The notes under the pieces: model-generated | Databases searched by the model: none | The model's input: only the letters and a program-made list of their open reading frames with translations | What the model was told of the DNA's origin: nothing | In this document: piece after piece, positions 43,584-44,750 of the stretch | How the letters are laid out: every line of letters starts with the position of its first letter | Position numbering within the stretch: position 1 is the stretch's first letter | Source: Candidatus Hadarchaeota archaeon | GTDB taxonomy: Archaea; Hadarchaeota; Hadarchaeia; Hadarchaeales; JAWBSP01 | NCBI GenBank assembly: GCA_964474885.1 | Contig: CAYYWO010000008.1 | Coordinates: 1-44,750 of the forward strand | Length of the DNA stretch: 44,750 nt | Direction: 5' to 3' | Translations under genes and position numbers: made by a program

Positions 43584-44750
43584 AGTCTAGAAATATCGTC
43601 GGTTGTAACTATTCCGACCAGCTCACCTTTTTTGTTCAAGACTGGTGCACCGGAAATCCCGTGCTGTTCTAGTCTCTTGGCGACGATGTCCACGGGCTCA
43701 TCTTCGCGTGCCACCACCACTTCCCTCGTCATGATCTCTGCAAGCGTACGCTTACCAAGACCTATCGAGGTAGCGAGATCCCAAGAAGTGACGATTCCAA
43801 CTAGTTTGCCTTTTTCAACAATCGGGAGATGGTCGATTGAGTGTTTCTTTATGAGTTCAGACGCTTTTACCAGAGAATCCTGTGGGCGGGCAGTTATGAG
43901 TTTTTTAGTCATGACGTCCCTGACTTTTGGGATGATTTGGATTTCCTTCATGGATTTGAAAACACCCGTTTGAGGTAGTCGTTCCACAGGCTCTGAAAGG
44001 AGAAACTCGCCCTCTTCGATCCACTTCTTGAGGATGTCAGCAATCTTCCTTGACATCTTTAGGCTACTCAGTGGTGAAGTCGGGACCTCTTTTCCATTTA
44101 TCTCCACTTTTCCCGAAAACAGCTCAGCGTACGAAACCTTCCTCAACACAGGTCTCTCCCTCTTGGGCACGCCGTAGTCAAGCAAATCAATGAAGATTTC
44201 CTGGTTGGATTTTCCCGCATTGGAGGCCATCCGCTCATCTAAAATGGGTATGGGGATGCCGATGCCCACAAAGAGAGTACACCCGTAACCGCTCATGGTG
44301 GCCCCCCTTATGAACTCGGGGCTCATCTGCTTCAGATCCCCTTTGACCATGAGTGTTCCCCTGCCTCTCTGCGGATCATGCTGGGTTCCCGCCCCGATAA
44401 CATAGCCTGTTCCTCCTCCAATGAAGATCCGGGTTCCGATGCCGATGGTTCTATACTCTGGATCCCTCGTTAGGGGATTGAGGCAGCCTGAGCCGGCAAA
44501 ATTCACGTTGCCGAAGTTCGGAAGAAGCATTCCCATGTAAGTATGGAGGGTCTGGTCAGAGGAATTTGTAGCCGCCACGTAAGTCTGGTAACAGTTTCTC
44601 GGATTGCATAGGATAGCCTGATTCAAATCCTCTAATGTAAACAGAGTTCTTATTTCCCTCCTAGGGTAACAATCCGTCCCATACGCTCTCCCGATGAGTT
44701 CTATCTCAAGACCCCGGACGAGATCCTCGATCACATGTCCTCCACCATAT
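43565..44750 (-). CDS. L-aspartate semialdehyde sulfurtransferase (DUF39 + 2 CBS), 5' end outside the window
   Basis: YGGGHVIEDL, YGTDCYP, NPRN.YQ, TYMG.L.P, IGIGTRIF.GG and GTQH motifs, then a CBS pair. Frame is open to the window end. Confidence 0.93.
   Translation of the reverse strand, partial: YGGGHVIEDLVRGLEIELIGRAYGTDCYPRREIRTLFTLEDLNQAILCNPRNCYQTYVAATNSSDQTLHTYMGMLLPNFGNVNFAGSGCLNPLTRDPEYRTIGIGTRIFIGGGTGYVIGAGTQHDPQRGRGTLMVKGDLKQMSPEFIRGATMSGYGCTLFVGIGIPIPILDERMASNAGKSNQEIFIDLLDYGVPKRERPVLRKVSYAELFSGKVEINGKEVPTSPLSSLKMSRKIADILKKWIEEGEFLLSEPVERLPQTGVFKSMKEIQIIPKVRDVMTKKLITARPQDSLVKASELIKKHSIDHLPIVEKGKLVGIVTSWDLATSIGLGKRTLAEIMTREVVVAREDEPVDIVAKRLEQHGISGAPVLNKKGELVGIVTTDDISRLWGRRR

Noticed and set aside
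1-44750. CRISPR arrays, transposases, rRNA and the many short antisense ORFs in the track
   Set aside because: No regularly spaced repeats, transposase motifs or rRNA sequence seen; the antisense ORFs are shadows of well-supported genes.

Overview
Gene-dense archaeal chromosome segment. The archaeal assignment rests on eS19, eL31, eL39, eL41, aIF-6, aIF-1A, Nep1, Rpp21, SepRS, SepCysS, NurA/HerA and Taw1; the content would fit a methanogen-related or Hadarchaeota-like lineage, but that is inference only. Most genes are housekeeping: Arg, Lys and branched-chain amino acid synthesis, ribosome biogenesis, tRNA modification and tRNA-dependent Cys / sulfide-dependent homocysteine synthesis. I found one tRNA-Leu(TAA) and no CRISPR array or mobile element. 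Standout observations: (1) an operon for a short SMC5/6-like ATPase with no recognisable hinge, a kleisin and a MAGE/Nse3-like KITE protein; (2) an in-frame fusion of a DUF62 SAM hydrolase to the radical-SAM wyosine synthase Taw1; (3) a perfect 71-bp inverted repeat inside the divergent leuA and cimA paralogs; (4) a stand-alone Lrp RAM domain with a WhiB-spaced four-Cys tail; (5) an unannotated hexaproline/zinc-finger microprotein heading a decayed transporter pair; (6) two strand-specific intergenic RNA hairpins. All family calls come from motif recognition by eye; no database searches were run.
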